A stretch of 64,000 nt of DNA from Antedon mediterranea (GCF_964355755.1 NC_092674.1:27776001-27840000); one strand, 5' to 3'. Shown: positions 46,801-61,020, numbered from the stretch's first letter. Notes: generated by a model not told the origin, from the sequence alone. Numbers and translations: made by a program.

Positions 46801-49691
46801 AAAAAGTGCATCACTGTGCGTCAGGTGAACATAAAACCATGCATCGTTTCTTTTAACGAAGTATGTTGTTGACCGATCTAAATTATTTTTTAGAATCTCC
46901 TTTTTCTTGGCGAGGATTGATGTTGCCGTTAATCTTGCGTATAATCCTATGTGTGATAATTACGATCTGTCATCATTAAAATCAGGTAATAGTATACCAT
47001 GGTTACAATAAGCAGGTACATTTTGTAAACGTATAATTACCGAATTAAACCACAGAATCGAAAAATTATAAGTACCTATTTGTTTTTTAATAACAGGTTT
47101 TGCCACTGGTTCACACATTCCGTCGGATATTATTTTCGAATTAAATAAAAAGCGTGGAATGTGTGTGTTGGTAAGTAAGTATTTTAGTAGTAATATATCC
47201 AAGTTATAGATGGCGATTTAACTTAATATTTGTAATGAAAGAAGTCAGAAACTGAGTGAAGTACTTTGCAAAGTATATTAAAGAAAACTACATTCGGAGA
47301 TAGAGCTCGCACTACTTGATAATAGTGTTAAAAGAATACAAAGGGTGTGCTATTTGATATCGAGTATGAAAGATAAATGTAAGTAATATTTCAATACAAT
47401 AAGCTTGTCTGACTGACGAATATATCATTTTTCATGAAAATCAACAGGCATGTTCCAACAAAATTAGGCCTGCTATATATAGTATTGAACCGCGCCATAC
47501 GTCTGTGCATTCTACAAACCTTTGACTACTTTTGTATTTTATGTATACTCGAATAAAATTAAAGAAAATATCCCTGTTGTATCCTGATTGACTAATGAAC
47601 GTGTTTAACATTTTTCTATAGAATCTTTATGGACAAACAGAAACTTCCATAGTGAGCTCGATGGTAGTCGATGACAGTCCAGATGTTTGGGGTACATCCG
47701 GCCGCCCTTTTGCCAATGTTGAGGTAAGACCACGGGAAATATCTTTATTCCACATTCGTCATTATAAACTTTGATGTAAACTAATAATATTAAATTAATC
47801 CTACAGATTCAAATAGTTGATAAAGAAGGATGTTCCGTAGAAGTGGGAGAAAAGGGAGAGATATTTGTACGAAGTCCGGTTGCGTTCAGAGGTTACTATG
47901 GTGATATTGAGAAAACAAAACAGACGATCACCGAACACGGATGGATTAAAACAGGGTACTATAACAACATTTATGTTTACTTATTTTGTAATGTTTAATA
48001 TACCTATGAAAGCACAAATATAGGAGTACAGAACATGTTTTGATACAATTTTTTTTCAGAGATGTTGGTAAGATAAATGAAGATGGGTACCTGACAATAG
48101 TTGGTCGAATTAAGGTACTGGAATTAAATATACTTAATACAACTCTTTAATATAATTTAAGAACATACTACAGACCTAATCTCTGCAGAGAACTTTTCTT
48201 ACAATAACCGGTTGCATTGATCTCAGTTAACAAGCTAAAATGATTTAATTTTTAGGACATAATTATTAGAAGGGCTGATAACATTCATCCTTCAGAAGTG
48301 GAAAATTTAATAATAACTCATCCAGCAGTAAACATTGCACAGGTAAGTGTATGATGTCAATGTCCATAACAATTGGTCTTCTTTCTCTTCTTCTTTAGAA
48401 AAAAAAATGACATTTATTCATTTTTGTACGATTTTAGTACGGTTAAAACAACATCATTGCAACAACAAACAAACAACAAATCATAACTTAAATAGTGAAA
48501 GTTTGTTCTCACAGGTCATACCAATTCCAGATTACAGGATCGGTGAAGATGTGTGTGCATGTGTTACGTAAGTGTTTCTACTAAAACTTGCAAATAAGTA
48601 TATTACTAACATATGTTTTCATTTGAAGTAACAATTATTTCACAACAACAAAAGTCATAAAGAAGAAGAGAAGATAAGACAATATTTAAAATAAAATGTT
48701 ATATTTAAATTAATAATACTAGCAAACAATAAGAACGGTTGAAGTACTAAAGTATAACATTACTTTATGTAATTATATATTGCTATTTCATTTCAATAAA
48801 ACATTATTTTCCTTTCAAAACAAAGTATTACTTAATTATACAAAATAATAATGATTTATAATTATGACATTCAAATGATTATAGAAAACTAAAAGTGTTA
48901 TAATTAAAATTTCGACAATGCCTATTATTTCAGATTAAATGAAGGTTTCAATGTCACCGAAGAAGAACTGAAAACTTTCTTTGAAGGAAAGGTATCAAAC
49001 CTTAAGTTACATTAAATAAACACAATATAATTGTTCATTATTTGGAGCTTCCACAAGAACTGATTCGGTTCCCGCAACTTTCTTTTTTACTTGTGTTAAA
49101 CAATCGGCATTATTGTTTCTTCAGATTATAGATTTAATGAAGCCGTCTTACTTTCTAATTTTTGACTCTTTGCCATCTGGTGCTACTGGAAAGGTAAGCC
49201 TCCGTTAAAGTATGTTGGACTATACAATGAGAGTAATGAGTAAATTGTACAATATAGGTTCGATGCTATAGATTCACCATATTAAAATATACAATGCTTA
49301 AAGCTTACAAAATGTGACCAGAAAATGTGATATCGACACGATGAAGTCACATAACTACCATAATTATTTGGGAAATGTATTTTTCAATCTAGATTTGATA
49401 GTGTAGACAGAGCGTAAGGGCCATTAAGTGTGCGAGTAATACAATTGTATAGAATATGATCGTTGCTATATATTTACCATATTGGAATATACAATGTTTA
49501 AAGTTAGTTTAAATATGTACGCATGCACAATACAATTGTACAGAAAAGGCATTCGTTGCTATGGCTTCACCATGTTAGATCGTGTCATCAAACAAATGTC
49601 TAATTATCGTTTACAGGTGGATCGTAAGAAGCTACAAGAGATGGCTCTTGGTCGAATTAAATTACCAGACACTCTTCATTTAAATGATTAG
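43861..49691 (+). CDS. ACSF2-like: ACSF2-like acyl-CoA synthetase, copy 5; 18 coding exons, apparently intact
   Basis: MALSQKKSYVH; TSGTTGTPK; YGQTE; GRIKDIIIRRADNIHP; GKVDRKKL; ends TLHLND* (TAG 49689-49691). Confidence 0.87.
45385..45590 (-). mobile_element. tRNA-derived SINE
   Basis: Minus strand gtggcttatgatgcttggctaccactccaatggtcctgggttcaagtcccgtc (B box GGTTCAAGTCC). Confidence 0.55.
46235..46460 (+). mobile_element. L2/CR1-type LINE 3' end fragment
   Basis: P-ILWNNLP-like coding remnant followed by the cagcgcttt...aagcgctatataaat stem-loop and tail. Confidence 0.55.
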
Positions 49692-49872
49692 CATAACTTT
49701 TTGACATTACTTTATGATTCTAAAATGTACGATAAATGATGGTAATGGTGTATATAGATTGCATGCTGATATAATTTAAGTTGGACAAACATGGAAGATT
49801 TATTCCTCCATGGACAACCCAAGCCTCGGTTAAAAATCAATTTAGCTTCACATCTCGTATGAATTGTGTATT

Positions 49873-50241
49873 GTACCTGTATAACGAGGGTAATGATTAT
49901 GGTACCTGGATGACGAGGGTAATGGTTATGGTACCTGTATAACGAGTGTAATGATCATGGTACCTGGATAACGAGGGTAGTGATTACTGTAGGCCTACCT
50001 GTATAACGAGGGTAATGCTCATGGTACCTGGATAACGAGGGTAATAATTACTGTACCTGGATGACGAGGGTCATGATTATTGTTGTACCTGGATGACGAG
50101 GGTAATGATTATGGTACCTGGATGACGAGGGTAATGATTATGGTACCTGGATGACGAGGGTAATGATTATTTTACCTGGATAAGGAGGGTAATGATTATT
50201 TTACCTGGATAAGGAGAGTAATGATTATGGTACCTGGATAA
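49873..50241. repeat. 29-bp minisatellite (GTACCTGGATGACGAGGGTAATGATTATG), ~12 copies, downstream of copy 5
   Basis: Directly visible head-to-tail units. Confidence 0.95.
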
Positions 50242-51589
50242 CTAAAACAAATATCGATAAGTGATTGCAGACGCATTCGCATTTCTGATATCAACCTCCA
50301 GGCTAATATTTTATTAAACTAGGGAGTATCTCCTGATTAAACAAGCCCCACTAGGCTGCTTGTAAGGGTGTGACTTACTAATTGTTTACCTGATAAAGAT
50401 GTTCATGTATCAATCTAGTAGAATAATGTTATTTGGTATTTTTAATTTTGTGGGATCAACGCACTTTTTTTCAAATGTATCATTAAACATAACATATTAA
50501 ATAGAGTTATCAATTGTTGCCAAGCTTTTTACAATTATTATTCATTTTTATCGAAGAAGCAGACTACTGATTGATGATTAGTAACAATTTAAGAGCGGAT
50601 TGTATAATTAATGTTTTGATTACCGGTTCAACTCCGTTTTTACGCCATTCGTAGAGTACGGTACGTACGACCACTCCTCGGCATATGGAGTGTCTGGTAA
50701 TTTAATTCTACCAATAGCCACTCCTGAAATACGATGGCTTGTGTTTGCCGCGTCAAACCATCAAGATAATTTGTCGTGTAATATACACATCGTGTAAGTC
50801 AATGACCCTAATAAGCTTCCGTAGGCAAAACCTTTTGATCACCTTAACATTGTAATCAATGATTTACCTTTTATTAACACCATGGTAAATAATTTTTATT
50901 TGAAAGGGCCATCACGACAATAACTAAATGTTATAATTAGACCACAAGCAGCTCTTGTTTATCATTACTTCAGTATACTGTAGAAGTGAATATTTAATTT
51001 AAATCTATAATACGTATTATTCGTATGACTGAATAATTGGTTTCTGTTTGTTTTTGTAAAATATTACAATATATTATCAGTCATTTGGTTTTATCTATCC
51101 ATGCAGTAATCTTATTTGTGTGACATGATGATGAATGTTTACCAGAAGAACATTTGAACAAACACATCGATCATTATTCATTAATGCAATATATGCTGGT
51201 ATTCAATTACCGTATATAACATTTTGTATAGTTCAATTAGTTCAGTGAAATTAAACGTTCGTAAGTTGCCTAAACCCTACAATGGCCTTGTCGCAAAATA
51301 ATAGCTACGTCCATACCCCAAGTCTAAAACCATTTATTGGTCATACTCCTTGGAGTTTTCAGAAAATAATATTACAGGTAAGTTATCGATGTTCTTATTC
51401 CAGTTTCCCGTCGTTATTAGATGCCGTGTAGGCCTATTTAAAACATTTGTTAACCAGAAAAATATGGAATATTTGTCAACGTCCTCAACCAGCTTTTTTT
51501 TCCGACTTGTTTTTTTTTTGTACACATTCACATTGTATTGTATGATAATTCTTTACAAAAAAATTAATAATACTGTGAACTGATACCGT

Positions 51590-51719
51590 AACAAGGCCAA
51601 CAGCCATTAAGTCGCGTGCTACAATGCATAGTGATACCGGACCGACAGACAGACCGACAGACAGACCGACCGACCGACCGACATAGTGAACTATAGCGTC
51701 GCGTCCACGCGACTAAAAA
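51590..51719. mobile_element. DINE-1/Helentron-associated (HINE)-like element
   Basis: Subterminal agtcgcgtg ... cacgcgact inverted pair, internal (GACA/GACC)n microsatellite, terminal hairpin gtcgcgtccacgcgac then AAAAA. Confidence 0.6.
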
Positions 51720-51890
51720 TATGCAAAGAGTCACCTTATTAACTTATTGACATTTAGATTTTGTTTTTAGTACCATTGAAGTTATTTAAAAAAAGGCATT
51801 ATATTTGTAATTTATGTGTTTTTTATAATAAAATATAAGTAATTTCATATTTGTTAGGATAATATCTTTTAAATAAACATAAAATAACTA

Positions 51891-52216
51891 TTAAAGATGT
51901 ATTGTTCCCCTGAAAAAATAATTCTTAAACAATTTTTTGTTGAATATGCCATTTTAATGTCACAAAATAGTTATTCACTTTAACCAAAAATTGGATCGAA
52001 AAAAATATGTATATACCTAAAAAACTGTCATTTAAAGCAAAAAAATAGTAAATTGGCTGCCAGCCAATGAGTTTTTTGGTTGAATTTTACCATTTATTTT
52101 TTACATTTTTTTTCTACGAAATTGATTAACTTTATTAAAACTTCAAAATAAGCTATTTAAAGTCAAATTTTATTAATCTTCATTTTTCAAGTTTTTGGGG
52201 GACAATACATCTTTAA
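51891..52216. mobile_element. Kolobok-like TTAA element, copy B
   Basis: TTAA-AGATGTATTGTTCCCC ... GGGGACAATACATCT-TTAA; internal sequence colinear with 42455-42805. Confidence 0.8.
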
Positions 52217-54143
52217 CATTTCCTAATATCATGCCAATATTAAAGAATCCACAACTAGAGATCCGCAACAATGCCTTATCTCGATCGTTAGCTTCTAACA
52301 TTTCACCATACAGTATAATAACTATTTATAAATTTACATATTGCCAGGTGCAAAGCGTTATTCATAACTCGTAGCCCGGACACACTTTACCCAATGGTTT
52401 GTGAAATGATTCCAGAGTTACCGTAAGTGAAAGTATTTCAGGTGACCTAAATTCAAAACAGTGAGTATTATTAAGTTAAGTTGACATGGATAATACAATA
52501 CAAAATCACTGATATTATGGTCAAAATAACTAGTTATTGTTAGCTGTTCATTTGTTTTTTAGGTTCCCCTACTCGAAGAAGGTTATAGCCACTGGTTCAA
52601 ATTATAAAAGGTACAGTAAGTAGGCCTACTATCGATAAAATGATAATTTATATTAAAGTGTATTTAGTTGTTTACAAAGTTAACTTTTGTCTTTTTTTTC
52701 AGTGGAATGTTCTCGATGATATTTCTATTTCGGGATGTGAAGAGGAAGTAGTAAAAGCGGCGACGAAAGTTACCATTGATGACGTCAGCCATTTTAGTAT
52801 GACATCGGTAAGAAATATGATTAAACTATCATTGATGCTAAACTAAAAATGCTCTAAATAATCCAAAATGACTGGTTTTTAACTGATTCAATAGATAAAT
52901 CCGTGGCATTCACGTTTGAAAAATAAAAATATTGAATCTGAGAAGAGTTAATTAATATTAATGTAATATTATTATCATTCTGTTATTCCTAAGGTTATAA
53001 AACTATACTAATGTCACTTAAGGAATTTGTATTTATTGTTTCAAGATTTAACAATAATTGACCTGGATCACCGAAATATTGGGATTTATTTACTAGTTAT
53101 CTAGCATGGCTTTTTTTTTGCGAAAGAAGAGTTAGGTCAATACCGCCAGTGCAGTCTGAATCCCTTTATTGGGCTGACTATGCTAGAAATGTTGGAAGTT
53201 GAAATCGGGACAACAGAGAAATGATTGGGGTTTTTTTTCAGCGATAATAACGAGTAATGTTTGCTGAATACAAGCATTATTATTCGGTCTCTTTCAAAAT
53301 ATACAAAACAAAAAAACTGAAATTGGGGAGACAGGGTCAACCTAAATGAACTTAATCACTGTAGAAAAGAACATTTCTCAAAGATACCACGCATTTTAGT
53401 ATTTTGATTGTGTTTCCTTACTCCACTGTAAACAAGGAGTACCTTTTAAAATTGATTAAAACCTTGTTGCAAGGGAAGAGTTCGTGCATAGTAGGCCTAC
53501 CTTCTTTTATTATTACAGTAGTACTAAATAATTGAAATCGTTCCTTGTCGTCTATATCTCCTTTGTTAGTCTGACAATGCACCCGACTTGTTGACGATTA
53601 CTTACAAGTGTTTGTTACGTATCAGATTAACCACTATTGTCGTTGATAATCTCTATAGTTTGAAAAGGGAACTTAACCAGTAAAAAGGTATTTCAATGTG
53701 TTTGTAAAAAAAATAAGTATAATTTAAACCTATACATTCGTATAAGTTTGTTGTCCATCATACCCACTTTGTTGGTCTGACAATGCACAGATTCTTTGAA
53801 ATTTTGTCACCAATGTTTGTTACATAGATAATCAAATCAAATCCTTTTCCATATATAAAAATGTGTGCATGGAAAAATTGTTTTTCATAAAGATATTCTA
53901 AATCAATAACCGTACAACAAATTATATTTGATGATCTTAATAATTCTAATGATACCTTTCTTGGGTGTTTTATTTAAATTACCAAACCAGGCAATGAAAG
54001 AGATAACTACAGTGGTACTATTTTAATTATCACTATTATCCCTGATAATCTCTAGTTTGAAAAGGAATCTATTTCATTGTGTTTGCTTATTACACTGTCA
54101 AAATTTAGTCTACTTAGAATCGACACGAACGCAAGTTGTTGTC

Positions 54144-57100
54144 ATGGCTTTTTTGCAAAAGAGTTACGTCCATACCCCCAGTCTGAAGCCCTTTATTGGG
54201 CTGACGATGCACGAAATGTTGGAAGAAAGGGTGAAGAAAAATCCAGACAGAGAAATGTTTGTCTTTGTCGGTGATAATGAACGAGTTACGTTTGCTGAAT
54301 TCCAAAAAAAGGTGAGTATAAATGTCATATACTGTACATTAATAAATTACACGTAATATCTCGAGACTAGTGGACCGCTAAAAAGACCATGGGGCTACCT
54401 GCTATTGTTACTTTTGCTACTAGCTACAGGTACTTATTTCTCGTGTTTCTCAATTTGGAGATTGTCTTGTAAATCTTAAAATCTATAAATTATGCTTACA
54501 AATCGGTGGTTATTTCAGGTGATAGACTTAGCAGCCGGATTCCTACTCAAACTTGGTCTTCGTCGTGGTGATCGTATAGCTGTTATAGGCGCTAACCACA
54601 TAGAATGGCCCCTTATAACGGCTGCAGCGAAAGCTATAGGCGTCGGTGTGGTAGGTATCAAAGTTATTGTAACGGATATTAACTGATTTTAAAACGTGAA
54701 ATATCTTTGCCTTATAGGCTACAACAACACAAAAACTATTATATTTTTCTTTTCAGACTAATCTGATAGTTGGCCATACTCCTCAAAGTTTTAAGGAAAC
54801 AATTTTACGGGTAAGTGATATCATATTGTATCTTCAGCTCATATAAAGATTAGTGTTAATATAAACATATCACCTGTATTTTATGCAAATCACCTTTGGT
54901 GTGCGTATCCAATAATACTACAAATATTTGTATAAAAGTGTTGATATGCTGTCGGGGTTCTTTTTCGGCATCTATTCTGGTATAAACATGAAATCAATAC
55001 GCTTTTTTATCAACATCACTGCAGGTATCGTGCAAAGCGTTTTTCATTGCTCGTAGCCCGGACACACTTTACCAGATGGCTTGTTAAATGATTCCAGAGT
55101 TAAGTGAAAGTATTCCAGGAGACATTAATTCAAAACAGTGAGTATATTCTAAAAGTTGAATTTGGGCCACATAGCACTGCTGACATGAAGGAATTATTCT
55201 GTGCTATTCTTAACATTATACAATATTTATGGTTTCTTTAGGTTCCCCGAATTAAAGAATGTCATAGCCGTTGGTTCAAATTGTAAAAGGTAAGTACTGG
55301 TACTTTATATATAACAATGTTAAGTTATTTGGAGGGTTTCCTCGTAATAACGAAGTATTTTTCCGGTTTGTTTTCAGTGGAATGTTGAATCTCGATGATA
55401 TTTCTATTTCTGGATGTGAGGAGGAAGTGGCGAAAGCGGCGAAGAAAGTCACAATTGATGACGTCAGCCATTTTAATACGACATCGGTACAAACCTTTTA
55501 AACAAAATTTGGTTCATTGTTGTTACAAACAAATAACCCATTCAAAGAATAAATCACAATATTTCTCTTCTTGAAACAGGAGGGAAAAGTGAATTAATAG
55601 TATTCTCGTGTACCTCCAATAAAACTCGTTTATTCCAGCATAGGATTCTGTATTGTATGACCTAGTAATAAATTCATTATATGCTGTTATTTTGTTTAAG
55701 TGCTGTACTAAATACGTAGTCTTACTGTTAGATAATTTCCGAGATTATGCAACTAAAATGTCGACCGTGAGATGATGATTTTTTTTTTCCAAGGGGACAA
55801 CTGGATCACCGAAATTGACACCGCATGATCATTTCCGAACACTCAACGACAACATATTTGTACCTGATCAATTTGACGAGAAACAGGTAGGTTTTTAATA
55901 ATACTAGGTCCATATGGCAATATTATGATGGAAAGATGTAAAAGTACGAAGAATGACGATGATTATCCAAGGGATAATTATGATTAAGAGACTGATGATG
56001 ATTAATAATTAATTTGACAAGAAATACATTTATGAATACATTTAAGAAGATGATGATATATTTTGTACCAAAGGTAAATAATCTAGCCGTCACCGATAAC
56101 CTGGCATATGTTGGAGCAACGCAATTGGGCCAAGTAGCACCACTTCTTTACGGTACAACTGCAGTGTTTCCTTCCCCAATCTACAACTTTGAAAAGTTTC
56201 TTCAGGCTGTGGAAGCAGAGAGGTAGGCCTCTAGTATAGTAGTCTAAAAAATCAAAGTTTAAATTCGTCTGTTATGTTTCTAATTTACATAACATACGAT
56301 TGATTTTTTTTTAGATGTACCTCTTTCATGTTAACTGTTGATGGTGCCGTTAATCTTGCATACAATCCTATTTGTGACAAGTATGACCTGTCTTCATTGA
56401 AATTCGGTAATATGCTATTTAGTATACCAAGTCTACAAGCATATCTGTAAAATAATGATCGGTCTTCGTGCAGAGAATCGATACATTTAAGCACATTTCT
56501 TGTTATTTTTTTAAAGGTATAGCCAGTGGTTCTCCGATTCAGCCAGCTGTTATTTTCGAGTTTAACCAAAAGTATGGCATTCCTTTGTTGGTACGTATTG
56601 AGTTTTCTATCAGGAACGATTGTAGCACGCTGCGTTTGACGTTGTTTCTCCGGCAAACAAAAGTCGTTTCCTTTCTTCTTTTCAGAATGCTTATGGATCA
56701 TCGGAAACAACTACAATCAGCTCAACTACAGTCGATGATGGTCAAAAGGTTTGGCATACAGCAGGCCGTACCTTACCCAATATTGAAGTAAGGCCAACTA
56801 GATCTTATCTTTTTCACAACTTGTGTCATATCATTATGTTTATAATAATAATATGATGTAGTACACCCACATTTAAAAACTTACGTTTCTACAGGTTCAA
56901 ATAGTTGATGAAGAAGGATATCCCGTAGAATTGGGAGAAAAGGGAGAGGTATGGTTAAGAACTCCGATTGCGTTCAGAGGTTACTATGGTGATATTGAGA
57001 AAACAAAACAGACGATCACTGAAAACGGATGGATTAAAATGGGGTACTATCACAACTTGTATCATTACTAAGCAAAGTATACCGTCAAGTCACATTTATA

Positions 57101-58655
57101 AAATCAAGGACATTATCAATGATCTAATGTTAAATATCTTTTCAGAGATATTGGTAAGCTAAGTGAAGATGGCTACCTGACAATCGTCGGTCGAATTAAG
57201 GTACTGGAATTATTGTAATATCTGTCTCGATTTAAGGCAATTTTACACTTGATCTTATGTTACCAAGGTACACATTTTTTTCAGGACATAATCATCAGAA
57301 GAGGCAACAATATCCATCCATCAGAAGTGGAAAGTTTTGTAGTAACTCATCCAGCCGTAAACATTGCGCAGGTAAGTTGTATACAACTATTAGATAGAAA
57401 AGCATTTTGTTAACAAAAGAATGATAACGTGCTTTAGACAATAAAAACACCTAATGTTTACCAAATGCATTAGCAATAGTTAAATTCTGTTGTTCTTCAA
57501 TCTCACAGGTCATACCAATTCCAGATTACAGGATCGGTGAAGATGTTTGTGTATGTGTTACGTAAGTCATATATAATCATGTTAGAAAAACACTATCGCT
57601 TTTTGATGATGGACAACTCTAAAATGTATATAGGAAATGTTTTTGTTGTTGATTTTATATCTATTATGTTGTGTTTATTGTTGTAAAAGTAATGTAAAAA
57701 TGTAAATGGGTCCTGCAAAAACAGAAGTGTAAACTTTTCTATGCAGAATCCTTGCCATCATTTATGCTATGAAACTATATTACAAAGGATGAGTAAATAA
57801 ATGTGAATTGATTTATAAGTAATTTATAAGTATAATTTTTCATTTATACAAAAATTATTTTATGCAATAGGAACTAAACTTTATACAATGTAATGATTTT
57901 AAAAGAAATTTAAATTATATTTCTATTTTGTATCATTTTAAATATTGATTTCTTCAGATTAAATGAAGGTTACAAAGTCACCGAAGAAGAACTGAAATTT
58001 TTTTTTGCTGGAAAGGTATTTGTATTAAATTAACACTGGAAATTAATCATTTTCGGAAGTTTTTCAATTTTTTTTTAGTAAATGTACTTTTAAGGAAGAA
58101 AGTAAAAATTCATGAAACGGTTATTAATGTTTTTGAAAATCATTTTTTTTAGATGTCAAAAATAATAAAACCGTCATACTTTCTAATATTTGACTCCTTC
58201 CCATCTGGAGCTTCGGGAAAGGTAGGCTTGCTGTAGTCTTTTATAAATCGAGCTTTTTATGTAGGCCCCATAAATTATTTCAGGCTAATAGATTTACTTT
58301 ATTAAATGATCGTGACTACGTCATAGACATTACGATCAACCTGAGAAGCATAGATATGCGTTACGTAAAAAATAATTCCATCGTACCAATTAAAAATAAT
58401 ACTGTTGAGATGAATTAACCAATATGTACTGATAATGATATATAGGTTTCAATTAACATCAGGTCTTACATCAAAACTGTATACCCTTGCTAGTTTAAAC
58501 CTACACATTAAAACTGTAAAAATATAGATATTAAAATGTAATTTATATCATGTATTCAATAACTTCGTAATTATACTTTAAAGGTGGATCGTAAGAAGCT
58601 GCAAGAGATGGCTATTGGTAGAATTAAATTACCAGAAACTCCTTATGCTGAATAA
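54144..58655 (+). pseudogene. ACSF2-like: ACSF2-like copy 7; all 18 exons present, single premature stop in exon 4
   Basis: GAA in the paralogues is TAA at 55085-55087; other exons and splice sites read intact; natural stop at 58653-58655. Confidence 0.8.
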
Positions 58656-59588
58656 CATGTTAAGTGAAGAGTCGCACCGCATTAAATAAACATGTTTCTA
58701 TGCTAATACGTGTTTATATAATTTTTGAATATTTATGTCTTTAGTAATATTGTTAGTGAGAAAGAAACTGAATTGCTAGTCTGCAGTCTATTACCAAAAT
58801 GAAGGAAACCAAACCTTATGTTTAACGTGAACAAGACTAAGGAACTAATTGCATTTTGATGATTATGTTTTAATAATTGATATTCATTCAACTGATTTTC
58901 AAAATAAAGCTTGTTATAATGTAAGCCACCATATCATTTATTTACATTGATATTATGACATTATGATTTTATCCATTTAATTATATGGTAATAATTATAC
59001 TAGTAATGTTGTTCATACTGGTGACGTCATGATGCATAGGCCCATATTTTAAATATTGATATTTTCATTCTATTTTAGTATCCTACCCGTATTTTTAGTC
59101 AAAGAAAGTCATTTTAATGTATACATTAAATTTGTAAATTCTTCATTTGTATTCACATTATATTGTGCTCGTCATTTTTTAACGTTTGTGTAATTAAAAT
59201 TTTAAAAAATTTAGCTGTTTTATTTAGACGGTATTTTTGGCGGCGATTGCCTTCAATAGTTTCATTTTTTTTTAATCTAATCGACAAAACACATCATAAT
59301 AACTTTTTCAAATATACTGTAAACAAAATGTAAACCAATAATTGCTTTATTTTTTGTAACTTCAAATTTGAATGAGACCTTTTTTCATGTACACTATTAA
59401 ACATCCATTTGTTGATGAATAGCCAAGAAAACAAATGTGATATGATGTCAGCCTATCAATAATTTACCACCGCTTCCGCTGCTACTCAGTCTAGTCTAAT
59501 TTAAAAGGGCACTTTAGCAAAAAGCTATTGAATTGTATTTGCTATCCACTGTGAGATTTATTCTAGTAGAATCCGCTAGTTATCTAGT

Positions 59589-61020
59589 ATAGCTTTTTGC
59601 GAAAGTAGAGCTACGTCCATACCCCCAGTCTAAAGCCTTTTATTGGGCTGACGATGCACGAAATGTTAGAAGAGAGGGTGGAGAAAAATCCGGACAGAGA
59701 AATATTTGTTTTTGTCGGCGATAATGAACGAGTTACATTTGTTGAATAAAAGAAAAGGGTGAGAACCTTAATTAAATTTTAATGTACTTATACATACTGG
59801 AAATGCATCGCTTTGATCACTAATAAATGAATAGTAACATACGGTTATATCGTACTTTTATGAACGTTTGAAAAAAGTAAACCAATTAAAAAAAATATTA
59901 AATAATTATAATTTGTGCTGGTTTTTCTAAATAAAAGAAATTGTGGTTATTGAATTGTGTTTCTCGAGTTGGTTTGAATGTAAAATGTAAAAGCTTAACT
60001 AATATGTAGATTTCGTTCTATCATTTTCAGGTAATTGACTTAGCAGCCGGGTTCCTACTCAAACTTGGTCTTCGTCGTGGTGATCGTATAGCTGTTATAG
60101 GTGCTCACCACGTAGAATGGCCGATTATTACAGGTGCAGCGAGAGCAATAGGCGTCGGTGTGGTAGGTACCTCAGCATTAATTAAACACATTAAACACAT
60201 CAACGTATACACACCTGATACGAGGATGAGGTTTCTATCTAGACTGTTGTCGAAAACATTTTAAATATAATTTCTACAACGTGATTGATGTGTAACCTTA
60301 GGCATACTAACAACAGTTCATTCGGACAAACACTGAGGAAATACTGTACTTCCTTTATGATTTGGTTTCATTATTTTATTATTATTGGACATACTCCTCA
60401 TTAAACAAGTATGCTAAAAAAGTTTTTTGAACTTCATATTTTCGGAAATTTATGGACACATACAATTGCAATAGGAAAAAAATATAGGCGTGGTGACCGC
60501 CTGTTCCCACCATTACGTAAATTTATTCGCGCCAATCGAAAATTCTTGATCTGTGATTGGTTAAATATTTTGAAGAAATTCGCCCTAATGGAGAAGATGC
60601 TTACACATGTAAATGTCGATAATGGTAACGTTTATAATAAAATAATGATTTTATTTGGTTTATTCAATTAGTAAGATCAATTTAATTAGTATGCACCACC
60701 AGTAACATTGCAAACACTGTGGGAGATGAGCCAAGTAGCGCCACTTCTGTTCGGTACAACTTCAGTGTTTCCTTCACCAACCTACACATTCGAGACGTTT
60801 GTTCAGGCTGTCGAAGCCGAGAGGTAACATTATAAGTAATAGACATTCTAGCCTACATATCCATGTTACCATCGATAGACCTACCATACACTGTCGATGA
60901 CCGCTGTCATCTAAATTGTTTTTTTAGATGCATGTTCTTCTCATTGAAGATTAGTGGTCTGGTTGATCTTGCGTATAATCCTATCTGTGATAGGTACGAC
61001 CTGTCTTCATTGAAATCAGA
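59589..61020 (+). pseudogene. ACSF2-like copy 8, fragmentary pseudogene
   Basis: Start ATG changed to ATA; TAA at 59747-59749; exon 2 at 60031-60162; scrap of exon 3 (~60385); damaged exons 8 and 9 (~60672-61020); other exons absent. Confidence 0.88.

Larger units (their letters stand above)
51282..53275 (+). pseudogene. ACSF2-like copy 6 remnant plus a further decayed exon 1
   Basis: Exon 1 5' end fused to exon 3 (51282-51377); exon 4 (~52349-52460) with indels and a stop; exon 5; exon 6 with a 4-nt deletion; scrap of exon 7 (~53060); frameshifted exon 1 at ~53106-53270. Confidence 0.85.

Noticed and set aside
49873-50241. CRISPR-like 29-bp repeats
   Set aside because: Head-to-tail with no spacers; a minisatellite.
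13060-58655. Calling the array firefly-type luciferases or NRPS modules
   Set aside because: Same superfamily, but the N-terminal and insert features are ACSF2-like; there are no carrier or condensation domains, no PTS1 and no sequence evidence for light emission.
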